From a phage, in sequence record PZ445498.1: DNA of 64,000 nt, one strand, 5' to 3'. Below, one piece after another: positions 29,123-39,025 of the stretch; the stretch's first letter is position 1, and every line of letters starts with the position of its first letter. The position numbers and the translations under genes were made by a program. A model generated the notes under the pieces. That model made no database searches and was not told the DNA's origin. It was given only the letters and a program-made list of their open reading frames with translations.

Positions 29123-30458
29123 ATGCAATTTTAGCTAATTGTACTGCTTTCTCCGGAGTCATAGTAATAGTTTTCCATGCATTATTGCGATACACGGCCA
29201 TACGTCCAGAAGCCTGTCTTAAACCAGTACCTCCTTTCATAATTAAATCTACAACAATCGGATCTAGTTTTCCGTCAACAATACGTTGAACGCGACCTGC
29301 TAGCTGTTCTATGAGAGATTCATTATTAATGAGACTTCCCATTATTAAACAAGATAGCTCGTTAAGAGAAATACCTTCTGAGAAGATACTCTGAGCTGCT
29401 GCAAGTACACAAGGTCCGCCCTCCGCTACATCTTTCTGGATTCTCAATCGATCATCCAAAGGAGTTGCACCTATAATCTCATAGGTTGTAACACCACGTT
29501 GTGCGAGAGCTTCTAGTATTGTTTGAATTAGTTCTGTTCTATCACTTACAAAGAGAACCTTATGCCCCATAGACACATATAAATGAGCTAGATTTATAAT
29601 AGTCTCTCGATATTCAGGATGGTTATACACATCGTTAGCACGTAATGCCCACGGTACGTTCTGGTTTCCTGATAACTCAACAGGCACGGAGTACCTATGG
29701 ATTGTGGGTGGAACAGTGTTATTGACAGGCGGACTAAAGATCTTATATCCAAAGAAATCTTTGAACATAACTTGTAGGCCATCTTTACGTTTTAACGTAC
29801 CCGATAAACCAATCTTGTAGCGAGCACACGAGATCTCTAAGAAATTAGTGAAAGTTGTAGCCACACAGTGGTGAACTTCATCAACTATAACAGTACCGAA
29901 CACCTTAGAAAGATTATTCGCATGTTTATTCACGGTTTGTATATTACTGACCACGATTGGTGGATCAATATTATACTTTCCAGAACCTATAATACCAGGC
30001 TCGAATCCAAACCATTTACGAACTTCTGCAGCCCACATTTCCCGTATGGATGTGTTGGTGCAGATTACCAGAGTTTTCTGGCCAAACTTATATGCAAGAG
30101 CTAAAGCTAGGATAGTTTTACCAAATCCGGGCTTACCATTGATAATACAAGTATCATCACACTCTTCATATATAGGGAGTTGATCTTCTTCACGCAGCTT
30201 GAACTGAGGTTCTGGTATTTTTACCGGAGCTAACGTGCGTTTATCAACTAATTCGTATTTTACTCCCTTAGCATCTAGCAAATCCAGACGCGTAATGGGA
30301 ATCCACTTAATCTCTTTAGCAACAACACCACTATTCTTATACATAATAGGGTATTTACTAGTCATTGTCTCGATGTGGTAAGTGGTTTGTTTACTACAAT
30401 AATCCCAGAGTTCATCATCGGGCTTGAAATAGGCTTTATTAGATATAACAACCTTCAT
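29106..30458 (-). CDS. SF2 DNA helicase (D10-like)
   Basis: 450 aa; Walker A GKPGFGKT, DExH box VIVDEVHH, helicase C-terminal motifs. Confidence 0.8.
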   Translation of the reverse strand: MKVVISNKAYFKPDDELWDYCSKQTTYHIETMTSKYPIMYKNSGVVAKEIKWIPITRLDLLDAKGVKYELVDKRTLAPVKIPEPQFKLREEDQLPIYEECDDTCIINGKPGFGKTILALALAYKFGQKTLVICTNTSIREMWAAEVRKWFGFEPGIIGSGKYNIDPPIVVSNIQTVNKHANNLSKVFGTVIVDEVHHCVATTFTNFLEISCARYKIGLSGTLKRKDGLQVMFKDFFGYKIFSPPVNNTVPPTIHRYSVPVELSGNQNVPWALRANDVYNHPEYRETIINLAHLYVSMGHKVLFVSDRTELIQTILEALAQRGVTTYEIIGATPLDDRLRIQKDVAEGGPCVLAAAQSIFSEGISLNELSCLIMGSLINNESLIEQLAGRVQRIVDGKLDPIVVDLIMKGGTGLRQASGRMAVYRNNAWKTITMTPEKAVQLAKIAFGNCS

Positions 30459-30952
30459 AATTTTATTCTAAGTCTAGGAATTTCAGGCTCCTCTTGATGG
30501 ACTTGGTAAATAACAGGGCTATTATTTACCAGAATATAGCTTATATAAGCTGGAACATAGGATAGTACGAATGGATATGGAACTTTGGCCACATAACATT
30601 GATAATTTCCATTATAAATTCTTGCAGAATGCAGAACTTTAGACGTGATAACATCATAGAACGTAGTTTTCTTCCAATTAATAAGATTTCCATCAGAATC
30701 TATGAACTGGCTACGCTTTGACCCAACTAATTGGGACAACATTGATATTCTACCACGAATAGGATAGAGCTTATAAGGTAATTCTTTCCGCTTCTCGAAT
30801 AGGTCTAACCTACGTTGAGAGAATGTGCCAGGCAACTTCCTGTTATCTAGCACATATTTATTATATCTTGTTGTAATTACGGAATAATCACCTTCCTGCT
30901 CAATTGATACAAACGCCCGTAAAGCATATACGGGCAATTTGAAATCAAGCAC
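30455..30952 (-). CDS. hypothetical protein
   Basis: 165-aa ORF between polymerase and helicase genes. Confidence 0.4.
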   Translation of the reverse strand: MLDFKLPVYALRAFVSIEQEGDYSVITTRYNKYVLDNRKLPGTFSQRRLDLFEKRKELPYKLYPIRGRISMLSQLVGSKRSQFIDSDGNLINWKKTTFYDVITSKVLHSARIYNGNYQCYVAKVPYPFVLSYVPAYISYILVNNSPVIYQVHQEEPEIPRLRIKL

Positions 30953-33512
30953 CGAGAATCCTTTTCACGTTATCCAGATCTTTACATACAGCAATAAACT
31001 TATCATCCTTGTACTTGCTGTGGTCTGGATGCTCTTTATCCATTGCAGCTAACTTCTTATACTCGAAATCTGCATCGAGTAATACACCCTTAACATAACG
31101 AGTATATTCATCATCATCAATACAAGCGATTGATGGGTGCTGTTTCTTCATCTTACCACAAGAGTAGTCGCGAGAACCACCTTTCTCAGAATCAGAATCA
31201 ATACCGATTGGGCAGCCAGGGATACTAATACCACGATCCTTCTGGATGTTACGAATCAGAATCTCGTTATACTGATCGATCAGATCTTCACGTACAATGG
31301 CAACCACGGAGTCGTGAACCAACATGACGATCTTCATCTCTTTTCCTAGACCCAGTGACAGGATTTCTTCATCAGCATCAATAGCACCTAACAACAGGCT
31401 ATCAGAAGATGCAGACTGAATGATTGCGTTAAATCCAGAACGGATTTCTTCACCCTGAACACCACGATCTTCGGAATGGATGTTGTGCAGACGACGCTTA
31501 CGACCAAAGTGACTATAGATGAATCCAAAGTTCTTGATCTGATCGTGGCACTTATCAATCCAACGCTTAAGCTGAGGGAACTGACCGAAGTAAGTTTCGA
31601 TATAGTCCTTAGCATCTGCAACGGTACATTCAACAAACGGTTCGCCTGTCTTAGCAGCCTGTTCCAGAAGAGCTTCGTTAACAGAATGAGCTACTTTAGC
31701 TGGGCCAGAACCATACAGAATACCGAAGGTAATTGCCTTAGCAGCCTGACGCAGAGCTGGGAACAACTTCTTAACATCACGCGGTTCACAGGTCAGTTTA
31801 AATACCATGTGTGCAATGTTTGAGTGGAAGTCAGGGTATTTATCTGGCTCATTCTTCATGTTGATAAATACTTGTTGCATATTTCTGTCACCAGACAGAA
31901 CAGCAGCGTAATAAACTTCCGCAGTTGTCAAGTCCCATGCGATTACACGATATCCCGGGGGAGCTACTACACAACCCTTGATAATAGATTCATCACGTGG
32001 TAGCTGTTGCAGGTTCAGCTTACCAGAAGAACTCAGACGACCAGAAGTAGTCATATGTTCATGGAAACCAGTACGAATGCAACCATCTGCATCAATGCTC
32101 AGAAGAATCTTCTCAACATAAGTAGAGATCAGCTTAGTCAGCTTACGAATCTCTAGCAGAGTCTTAGCAATTGGATGCTGAGTAGCCAGTTCGTTCAGAG
32201 CTTCTGCGTTTGTAGAATCTGCACCTGTATCCGTCAGTTTACCAGTTGGAGTCAAACCAACATAATCAAACAGAAGAACACGGAGTTGCTTAACAGAGTT
32301 AGGGTTAAATGCTTCGTTCTGGTCTTTTTCTAGCTGAACGACTTCTGGATAAGTATACAGTTTCTCACGAGCCTTGTTCAGATTGTGAGTTAGCTGATAC
32401 TGAGCTTCTTTCAAGCGATCAACAGAAATCGGTACACCACGATCTTCCACACGTTGCAAGAATACACAACCAGGCATCAGAACGTCATAGTATAGACTGC
32501 AAAGCTTTTCATTCTTCTCAATTTTCGGTAAGAAGAAGTTATGCAGACGCAGAGTAGCATCGGTATCTTTTGCAGCATAAGGCCACATAATATCAAATGG
32601 AATCAGATCATAGCTGAAATCCTCTTTTTTGATCTTATGTGCCTTGCAATAATCATCCTTGAACTTATCCAGTTCAAAGTCATAATCGCCCATGTCAGTA
32701 TACTTCATAGCCAGAGATTTCAAGCCGTGAGTACCACGACGTTCATCAAGAACATAGTGTTGCAACATGGTATCATGAAGTCTACGCTCTTTATGTGCTT
32801 TCTCGAAGGAAAGTCCTAGATGATAGGAGTAAAAGTGCATATCGAACTTCAAGTTATGAAAAACGATCTGATGATTCTTGCTATCCAGAATTTTCTGGAG
32901 ATAATGTACAGCTACTTCGGTGATGCTATCAGAGTCAATATAAACACCCTGATACTCTTGGTGAGACATAGAAACACCAAGAAGATAACCATCACGAGCA
33001 TACAGAGCTGAGGTTTCGGAGTCGAATGCGATAGGTCCGATAACCATATTATACACCATCTTGATGTATTCTTCAGCTTCATCTGGATCAGTAATAGGGC
33101 GATAATCACCAGCTTTTGCAATCTTCTCACGACCATTAATAATGTCATGAATACTTTCTACAGTTGCATCGAAAACTGGTTTCATTTCAGGTTTAAAGTG
33201 TAACTGAGCTGGACTAATACTTGCAATCCAATTGGCATAGCCACCATGCTCTACACGTTTACCAGTATAATCACCGATACCTTTCTTACCTGCGAAATAC
33301 AGGAAAGGTTCAGCACCGACTAGCACAACAAAATCGTAATCATTCGGATCAAACGGGTTATCTGGAGTTCCGATTGTAATATGCTTTTTCAGCAAACGAC
33401 CAGATAACTTCTCGTTACACATATGGAATACATCAACTTCCTCCCCATAAAGCTGGAAGTGTTTATCATAACGAGTGTTATTTAGAGCTTTATCAACTAC
33501 TGCAATTTTCAA
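30945..33512 (-). CDS. DNA polymerase, family A, with 3'-5' exonuclease domain
   Basis: 855 aa; Pol A motif B (KAITFGILYGSG) and exonuclease-domain acidic motifs; apparent TTG start codon preceded by AGGAG Shine-Dalgarno. Confidence 0.9.
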   Translation of the reverse strand: MKIAVVDKALNNTRYDKHFQLYGEEVDVFHMCNEKLSGRLLKKHITIGTPDNPFDPNDYDFVVLVGAEPFLYFAGKKGIGDYTGKRVEHGGYANWIASISPAQLHFKPEMKPVFDATVESIHDIINGREKIAKAGDYRPITDPDEAEEYIKMVYNMVIGPIAFDSETSALYARDGYLLGVSMSHQEYQGVYIDSDSITEVAVHYLQKILDSKNHQIVFHNLKFDMHFYSYHLGLSFEKAHKERRLHDTMLQHYVLDERRGTHGLKSLAMKYTDMGDYDFELDKFKDDYCKAHKIKKEDFSYDLIPFDIMWPYAAKDTDATLRLHNFFLPKIEKNEKLCSLYYDVLMPGCVFLQRVEDRGVPISVDRLKEAQYQLTHNLNKAREKLYTYPEVVQLEKDQNEAFNPNSVKQLRVLLFDYVGLTPTGKLTDTGADSTNAEALNELATQHPIAKTLLEIRKLTKLISTYVEKILLSIDADGCIRTGFHEHMTTSGRLSSSGKLNLQQLPRDESIIKGCVVAPPGYRVIAWDLTTAEVYYAAVLSGDRNMQQVFINMKNEPDKYPDFHSNIAHMVFKLTCEPRDVKKLFPALRQAAKAITFGILYGSGPAKVAHSVNEALLEQAAKTGEPFVECTVADAKDYIETYFGQFPQLKRWIDKCHDQIKNFGFIYSHFGRKRRLHNIHSEDRGVQGEEIRSGFNAIIQSASSDSLLLGAIDADEEILSLGLGKEMKIVMLVHDSVVAIVREDLIDQYNEILIRNIQKDRGISIPGCPIGIDSDSEKGGSRDYSCGKMKKQHPSIACIDDDEYTRYVKGVLLDADFEYKKLAAMDKEHPDHSKYKDDKFIAVCKDLDNVKRILGA

Positions 33513-33573
33513 ATTTAGTCTCCTTTTGGTAAGTAAGTATAACTTCAGTGTTTCTTCTCTAACTTACCAATAT

Positions 33574-33603
33574 ATTATACCAAATCTTTGAGCGATTCGG
33601 CAA
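33574..33603 (-). promoter_or_regulatory. candidate promoter for DNA polymerase gene
   Basis: Reverse complement TTGCCG-N18-TATAAT; followed by a 9-bp inverted repeat TTGGTAAGT / ACTTACCAA in the leader. Confidence 0.4.
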
Positions 33604-34465
33604 CTAAAATTTCAATACGTTGAGCCAACATATCGATCTCTTCTTTATTTAAGTCACCTGGGTCTTTGCCTTCTGGAAGAAGGAAGTTACCAACTACAGG
33701 TGTTAAACGCGTTTTTGTACGAATTAGCTTCGCTAGTGCTTGTGCGGCTTTATTACCAGAGGCATCATTATCTAATAGGATAACTACTACTCTTACTCCA
33801 GCAATAATGTAAGGACTGAACTTATCGGCAATGTTATCAGATGTAAACTGATGTGTACCAAAGCAGCAAGAAGCATAATCCACACCGTTATCTTCTAGAT
33901 TTAACATATCAAAGATACCTTCAACTAGAACAAGAACTGGTGTATTATATCGTACAGGAAAAATCGGTGGTGAAACTTGTTTTGGTTTTACTAAGTATTT
34001 AGGAGGGGCAGAACTGTTTATAGAACGTCCCAGGAATAGGATATTGCGTCCAACAGCATCTGTTATTGGGAATACAATTCTGCCTTCCCAGTCTGCTTGA
34101 TGTTGGAAAGCAAAATATTTCTTCAAGGTCTTAGAACTGATACCTCGGAAATCACCTTCGAAAAGGTAAGCAGATTCAGGAATTGCAAGATTCGTAGATC
34201 CATTCCTAATCTCTGAAATCTTTTTACGTACTTGTGACAATCTTGGGGACTGTCTGTACTGAGTCTCATTAAAATAATGGTAAATGCTCGGTATTCCTCT
34301 ACCGAAGCCACAGCTCAAGCAATGCATAATACCTGATTCAGGATCAATACGCAAGCTTGGGTGTTTATCATCATGATCTGGATTGAGACAACAGATGAGG
34401 ATGTCCCCACCTGTGTCTTTGTATTCAATGCCTTTCAGATCAAGTAGTTCTGTTATTCTACTCAT
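33575..34465 (-). CDS. DNA primase (zinc-binding + TOPRIM)
   Basis: 296 aa; N-terminal zinc-finger C-x(n)-H...C-x2-C (CCLNPDHDDKHPSLRIDPESGIMHCLSC) and TOPRIM-like acidic motifs. Confidence 0.8.
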   Translation of the reverse strand: MSRITELLDLKGIEYKDTGGDILICCLNPDHDDKHPSLRIDPESGIMHCLSCGFGRGIPSIYHYFNETQYRQSPRLSQVRKKISEIRNGSTNLAIPESAYLFEGDFRGISSKTLKKYFAFQHQADWEGRIVFPITDAVGRNILFLGRSINSSAPPKYLVKPKQVSPPIFPVRYNTPVLVLVEGIFDMLNLEDNGVDYASCCFGTHQFTSDNIADKFSPYIIAGVRVVVILLDNDASGNKAAQALAKLIRTKTRLTPVVGNFLLPEGKDPGDLNKEEIDMLAQRIEILVAESLKDLV

Positions 34466-35934
34466 ATATCGCTGGCCTGTTCACCTGTTGAATTTTCAGC
34501 TTTGTCTTTCTTAGCACGTTTAGGTTGAGCTGGTTTATCCTTTTCAATAGGAATAACGAACTCAGCTTCCATTTGCGCAATATCTTCCATTGCTAGGTTG
34601 GTAGTGTTATCCATTCGCAGAGTTTCCCAGTTCATCTTAGGCATAAACTTCACACTATCAGAGGAACGAGTCTTAACGAAGTCAAACATAATAGCACCTT
34701 GACCATTATCAGCTTTTGCAGCATTAAGATTAGCAGCCATATCTGCGGAATCAAGAATCCCTTTAGACATACGCGTTCTACCATCTTGGTCAATCTGATA
34801 AGGAGCAACACCAGCCACGTTATGTTTCTGGCAGATAGATTTGAAAGACGAACTAACAACCATCTGTTCTTTCCAGTCATACATGTCAATGGTCTTTGAA
34901 TCTGGAAGTCTTGTTTGGTTAATATAGTCTAGAAGAGCTACAGTAACCTTATCACCATACTTAGCAACTAGTTTATTTAATTCTACGTCAACCGTCGTAA
35001 TAGACAGTTCAGGATCGTAAACGATGATCATAGGAGTGTGAAGCTCATAGCCTTCAAGGAGTTTACTTTCCATATCATAGAAGTCACTCATTTTAGCCAT
35101 AGTGTATTGCTTAACGAAGTTATCGAAAAGCTCTTCACCACCATTAAACATCCTAGCCCTAGTTCTGGCTAATCTCAACAGAGCAGCACCTTCAAGAGTG
35201 TTGTTACGCATTGCTAATGCAGATACTCCAGCTAACATAGCCAGATTACGTCTAAACACTTCGTGCTCTTTCATCTCAATTGAGAAATATGGAGCAATGT
35301 CTCCATTCAAATATTGCTGAACCTGTATGTTTGAGCAGATAATGGATTTACCAGTACCACGCCAACCACCAAGCAGTAACGTTTCTGTGCGAGCTAAACC
35401 AATTTGAGCGTCGAACTCATTACAAATACCAAGAGCGATCAAGTTCAGTTTGGTATCTTCTTCTCTCTGGAAAATACGCATTGTGTCTGCGTTGAATACC
35501 TTTCCAGTATTCGTTACTTTCTCTTCTAATTTTAAGTGAAGGGAGGCAACTCGGTTGAGAATTTCTCCCTGATCCAGCATTGTTAAATCTTGAAGCACGT
35601 CTGTTTCTAGAAGTTTCAGGAATAGATCCTGTGTATATTCGGCTTCTAGGACTTCAAGCGCCTGTTCCATGCTCACTTCTGGAATTTGAGTGTTAGCTAA
35701 GACGACAAGAGCTTGAGAAAGGCGGGCGTTCCTATTGGCCTCAAGCATCAGTGCGTCAATGGACGGCATTGCGTTATATTTCTTATAATAATTCTGGACG
35801 GCTTGGTAAATTGAGGAGAAAGCGTCATTAAAATGATCTTTATGCAGTTTTGAGAATGTTTCCAATGCTATTTGCTTCTGTTCAGAAGCGAGAAGCATCT
35901 TCAACACTACAGCTTGCACGTTAAACAAGGTCAT
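34462..35934 (-). CDS. replicative DNA helicase (DnaB-like)
   Basis: Walker A GGWRGTGKS in C-terminal RecA-like domain; start uncertain (35934 preferred; upstream in-frame ATG at 35985 lies inside a terminator hairpin). Confidence 0.7.
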   Translation of the reverse strand: MTLFNVQAVVLKMLLASEQKQIALETFSKLHKDHFNDAFSSIYQAVQNYYKKYNAMPSIDALMLEANRNARLSQALVVLANTQIPEVSMEQALEVLEAEYTQDLFLKLLETDVLQDLTMLDQGEILNRVASLHLKLEEKVTNTGKVFNADTMRIFQREEDTKLNLIALGICNEFDAQIGLARTETLLLGGWRGTGKSIICSNIQVQQYLNGDIAPYFSIEMKEHEVFRRNLAMLAGVSALAMRNNTLEGAALLRLARTRARMFNGGEELFDNFVKQYTMAKMSDFYDMESKLLEGYELHTPMIIVYDPELSITTVDVELNKLVAKYGDKVTVALLDYINQTRLPDSKTIDMYDWKEQMVVSSSFKSICQKHNVAGVAPYQIDQDGRTRMSKGILDSADMAANLNAAKADNGQGAIMFDFVKTRSSDSVKFMPKMNWETLRMDNTTNLAMEDIAQMEAEFVIPIEKDKPAQPKRAKKDKAENSTGEQASDI

Positions 35935-35957
35935 TCTCCTTTGCACGCTTTCGTGCC

Positions 35958-35990
35958 TTCTAAATGCAAAAAGGGGAAGGAGCATAGCCC
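35958..35990 (-). terminator. intrinsic terminator after D5-like gene
   Basis: On the minus strand AAGGGGAGGG...CCTTCCCCTT hairpin followed by TTTTT. Confidence 0.55.
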
Positions 35991-36016
35991 CCTCCCCTTA
36001 GGTTTAATTTACCAGA

Positions 36017-36784
36017 TTATTCAGCAGCCGCAGCTTTTGCATCCAGTTTAGCACGCTTAGCGGCACCATCATAGTCCTTAGCAACCAGACCACGACGAGA
36101 CAGCATAGATTTAACACCGCGCTCAGACTTACCAGTTTTCTCAGCGATCTCAGCAACAGTCATGTTAGCCAGATCCAGACCTTCTAACAGATCTTCACGA
36201 GTTTTAGCACTTGAAGTTTCCTGTACCGGCATAGCAGCGATACGACCTTCACGAAGCAGGCTCAGAGCTTTACCACGGATCTGCTTAATATTGCGACCGA
36301 AGTGAGCAGCGATAGCTTCAATAGTAGCACCAGCAACAACCTGATTAACGAAATCAGTTTCTTCGTCAGGAGTGAAGGAACGAACAGCAGCAGCTTTTTC
36401 AGTTGGCTTAACAGAAGCGGTCATTTCCAGACTCAGGATCTTACCCTGTACCTGCTTAGCACCGAACTGACCACCAGCTACAGCAGCAGCGATTTCAGCG
36501 TAAGTATACTGACCAGCATGAGCGTTCAGGAAATCAACCAGTTCAGCTTCTTGTTCAGGAGTCCACGGGGATTTCTGTACTTCGTTAGCTTTCTGTACTT
36601 CGAAACCTTCTTTACGCAGCTTAGAGCCAACAGAGCGAGCGGTAACGTCTTTACCAGTCTCGGTAGCCAGTTCAGCAGCGATAGCAGCTACTTGTTCTTG
36701 AGAGATTACAGCAACACCCAGAGCAGTGGCTTTTGCTTTCAGAGACTCGGTTACACCTTCTACGTTCCAGTTCAGTTTAGACAT
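36017..36784 (-). CDS. abundant early DNA-binding protein (D5-like)
   Basis: 255 aa; strongly optimal codon usage; repeated helix-turn-helix-like modules (TVAEIAEKTGKSERGVKSMLSRRGL). Confidence 0.5.
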   Translation of the reverse strand: MSKLNWNVEGVTESLKAKATALGVAVISQEQVAAIAAELATETGKDVTARSVGSKLRKEGFEVQKANEVQKSPWTPEQEAELVDFLNAHAGQYTYAEIAAAVAGGQFGAKQVQGKILSLEMTASVKPTEKAAAVRSFTPDEETDFVNQVVAGATIEAIAAHFGRNIKQIRGKALSLLREGRIAAMPVQETSSAKTREDLLEGLDLANMTVAEIAEKTGKSERGVKSMLSRRGLVAKDYDGAAKRAKLDAKAAAAE

Positions 36785-37559
36785 TATTATTTTTCTCCAA
36801 TAGTTCTTTAATCGACAGGATTTCTATCCCATTCGTTTCGGCTTTCTTATAAGATGAGGAAGAACGTTTTGATTCATCCTCACAGATTAGGTATTTGACG
36901 TCTTTGGTAACGGACTTCTTAACCGTATATCCTAGACTTTCTAAATAGTTTGTTGCATCCGTTCGATTTGCAAAATCTTGCAAAGATCCGGTAATACAGA
37001 CCGTGATTCCATTTGGCTGGGCAACTAAATCATCAGTAATGATGATATCAGCTTTAGCACCTCGAATACCAGTTGAGAATTTCCACGGTAATTCAATAAC
37101 ATCCTTGCCTTGTGGGGAATTTAGCCAGGTTTTGTAATTTTCTCCAGCCTTGCCGTCAGCCTTCACATCGTGGAAGCTAGTGCAATTTTGGGACAGTTTC
37201 TTTGCTGCAACCTCTCCAATAAGAGGAATTCCTAAAGAACCGAGAACTGAACCAAAGTCAATGTCTCCGCGAACCTTAGTATTTAACTCGCTAATCAACT
37301 TAGTGGCAACCTTGCTACCCACAGCTCCGACCAAATCTTCTTCGGTCAGGTAAAACAGTTCTGAGATCTTAGTCAGTTCCAGCTTCTCAATAGTTTTTGG
37401 GCCAAAGCCCTTTAACTTCATTTTTGTGCAGAAGTTCTCGATTAACTTACTTGATTGCGCTGGACAGTTGGACTTATTCCTACAGAATAATTGCCCGTTG
37501 ACAAGATCTAGCTTAGAACCACAAGAGGGACATTGTGTTGGAATTTCGATTTTCATCAA
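36777..37559 (-). CDS. NAD-dependent DNA ligase, C-terminal subunit (Zn-finger, HhH, BRCT)
   Basis: 260 aa; starts with Cys4 zinc finger CPSCGSKLDLVNGQLFCRNKSNCPAQ; C-terminal BRCT-like region. Confidence 0.8.
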   Translation of the reverse strand: MMKIEIPTQCPSCGSKLDLVNGQLFCRNKSNCPAQSSKLIENFCTKMKLKGFGPKTIEKLELTKISELFYLTEEDLVGAVGSKVATKLISELNTKVRGDIDFGSVLGSLGIPLIGEVAAKKLSQNCTSFHDVKADGKAGENYKTWLNSPQGKDVIELPWKFSTGIRGAKADIIITDDLVAQPNGITVCITGSLQDFANRTDATNYLESLGYTVKKSVTKDVKYLICEDESKRSSSSYKKAETNGIEILSIKELLEKNNNV

Positions 37560-37586
37560 ATTTCTTCCTTATCAATTTATATAAAT

Positions 37587-37615
37587 ATTATAGCAAGTAT
37601 TTAAGCATTTAGCAA
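37587..37615 (-). promoter_or_regulatory. early promoter inside the ligase inter-subunit spacer
   Basis: Reverse complement TTGCTA-N17-TATAAT followed by ATTTATATAAATTGATAAGGAAG leader. Confidence 0.6.
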
Positions 37616-37679
37616 CTACAATTTTAACTAACTTTGCTTACCCTCGCCATAACTTTCTATCCCTCAACTGAATGATAAT

Positions 37680-37708
37680 AGTATATACCTAAGCGGCGAA
37701 AATGTCAA
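37680..37708 (-). promoter_or_regulatory. second candidate promoter in ligase spacer
   Basis: Reverse complement TTGACA-N17-TATACT. Confidence 0.45.
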
Positions 37709-37758
37709 TAACCACTTTATAATTCCGACATGGTAAACGGGTAGCAAAGGGTTACGAA

Positions 37759-38733
37759 TTAGTCGTATACTCGCTCTACTATACAAGGGATTACACCACC
37801 AGCACGAATCACTCGAATCTGGCAACCGATCTCTAAATCGAGAGCGTTAATATAATCAACGTTATTAAGAGTTGCTTTAACGATTGTGGCATCATCAATA
37901 ATCACCGGCTCGAAATAACCAACTGGAGTTACTTTACCAGAAGCCCCTACTTGCCATTCAACTTTAACAAGTGTGGTAATTTCGCCTTCTTCATCCTCTT
38001 TAATAGCAAATGCACCACGAGGAAATTTATTAGTCCAACCTTCACGGAAGAATTTATTGTTGTCGTTAATACGAACAACTTTACCGTCCGTCGGAATCCA
38101 TTTAAAAAAGGAACGAACATTAACAACTGTCAAGAAGTTCTCATTCTCTAGCCAAAGCATATCTTTTAAATAGGCTTCTGTAATACCGACTGTTTCCGCT
38201 GAACACTGTATACCATATGCAACGAAGATTAAACCACCTTCACCAATACGTTGCATGAAATCATCGCTGTCTTTCAGGTTAATAGCACCCGAAGCGTAGT
38301 TACGTTTGTTCTCTACTTCTTTAGTAATGAGAACTTCACCAGTGATTTGAGTTGGTACTTTTTGGGAAATAGTTTTGGGGATGTTCAGCATTTTAACATT
38401 ATGCGTTACATCATTCCCTAGAATACCGTTACCACGAGTTAACGCTTGAACAAACTCACCATTAATATATAATAGAGAAATCGCACAACCATCTAACTTA
38501 TCAGTTTCAACCTGACCAAGTGGGTTGAATGGAGCTTTATCACCACGATCGTAATAGACTTTCTGCAAAGAATACATACGATACAAATGAGGGATATCAC
38601 CTTTCGGTCCGATTTCTTCCTCTAGTGGGAATCTTTTAATCAGACGATCATATTCTTCATCGGAAATAAGACTCATTCCCTGGTAGTACGCTTCTTGACA
38701 ACGTTTAATAAAGTCTTTTACATTATTCATCAT
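37759..38733 (-). CDS. NAD-dependent DNA ligase, N-terminal subunit (adenylation + OB domains)
   Basis: 324 aa; adenylation motif KLDGCAISL (KxDG) and OB-fold region. Confidence 0.8.
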   Translation of the reverse strand: MMNNVKDFIKRCQEAYYQGMSLISDEEYDRLIKRFPLEEEIGPKGDIPHLYRMYSLQKVYYDRGDKAPFNPLGQVETDKLDGCAISLLYINGEFVQALTRGNGILGNDVTHNVKMLNIPKTISQKVPTQITGEVLITKEVENKRNYASGAINLKDSDDFMQRIGEGGLIFVAYGIQCSAETVGITEAYLKDMLWLENENFLTVVNVRSFFKWIPTDGKVVRINDNNKFFREGWTNKFPRGAFAIKEDEEGEITTLVKVEWQVGASGKVTPVGYFEPVIIDDATIVKATLNNVDYINALDLEIGCQIRVIRAGGVIPCIVERVYD

Positions 38734-38941
38734 CTGCGATTTCCATTTTGAGTTCTTTACTATACTGCGCAGCCATACCAGCTAAATCAGCAGCTTCTTT
38801 CAACCACGCATCTTTGTACGCTTTCTGGTTTGGAGTGCCGATACTATCCTGGTAATTGATTCTTGCTATGGAGAGCAAATTAAGTTTTGCTTGAATCTTT
38901 GGAAGTGTTATTATCATTGCCATAATTGATCCTCTCATCAA
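38723..38941 (-). CDS. hypothetical protein
   Basis: 72-aa ORF directly downstream of an early promoter. Confidence 0.35.
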   Translation of the reverse strand: MMRGSIMAMIITLPKIQAKLNLLSIARINYQDSIGTPNQKAYKDAWLKEAADLAGMAAQYSKELKMEIADDE

Positions 38942-38952
38942 TTTATATAAAT

Positions 38953-38981
38953 ATTATATATGAAAACTGAGTCGAAAGCAA
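38953..38981 (-). promoter_or_regulatory. early sigma70-type promoter (minus strand)
   Basis: Reverse complement TTGCTT-N17-TATAAT followed by ATTTATATAAATTGATGAGAG. Confidence 0.65.
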
Positions 38982-38992
38982 GTACATTTATA

Positions 38993-39025
38993 AAGAAAAA
39001 GCCAAGAACTAGGCATTCTTGGCTT
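38993..39025 (-). terminator. intrinsic terminator
   Basis: GCCAAGAA / TTCTTGGC 8-bp stem; T-run on the minus strand. Confidence 0.6.

Noticed and set aside
36302-36811. 169-aa plus-strand ORF opposite the D5-like gene
   Set aside because: Antisense to a strongly codon-biased gene; Ser/Phe-rich translation; no start context.
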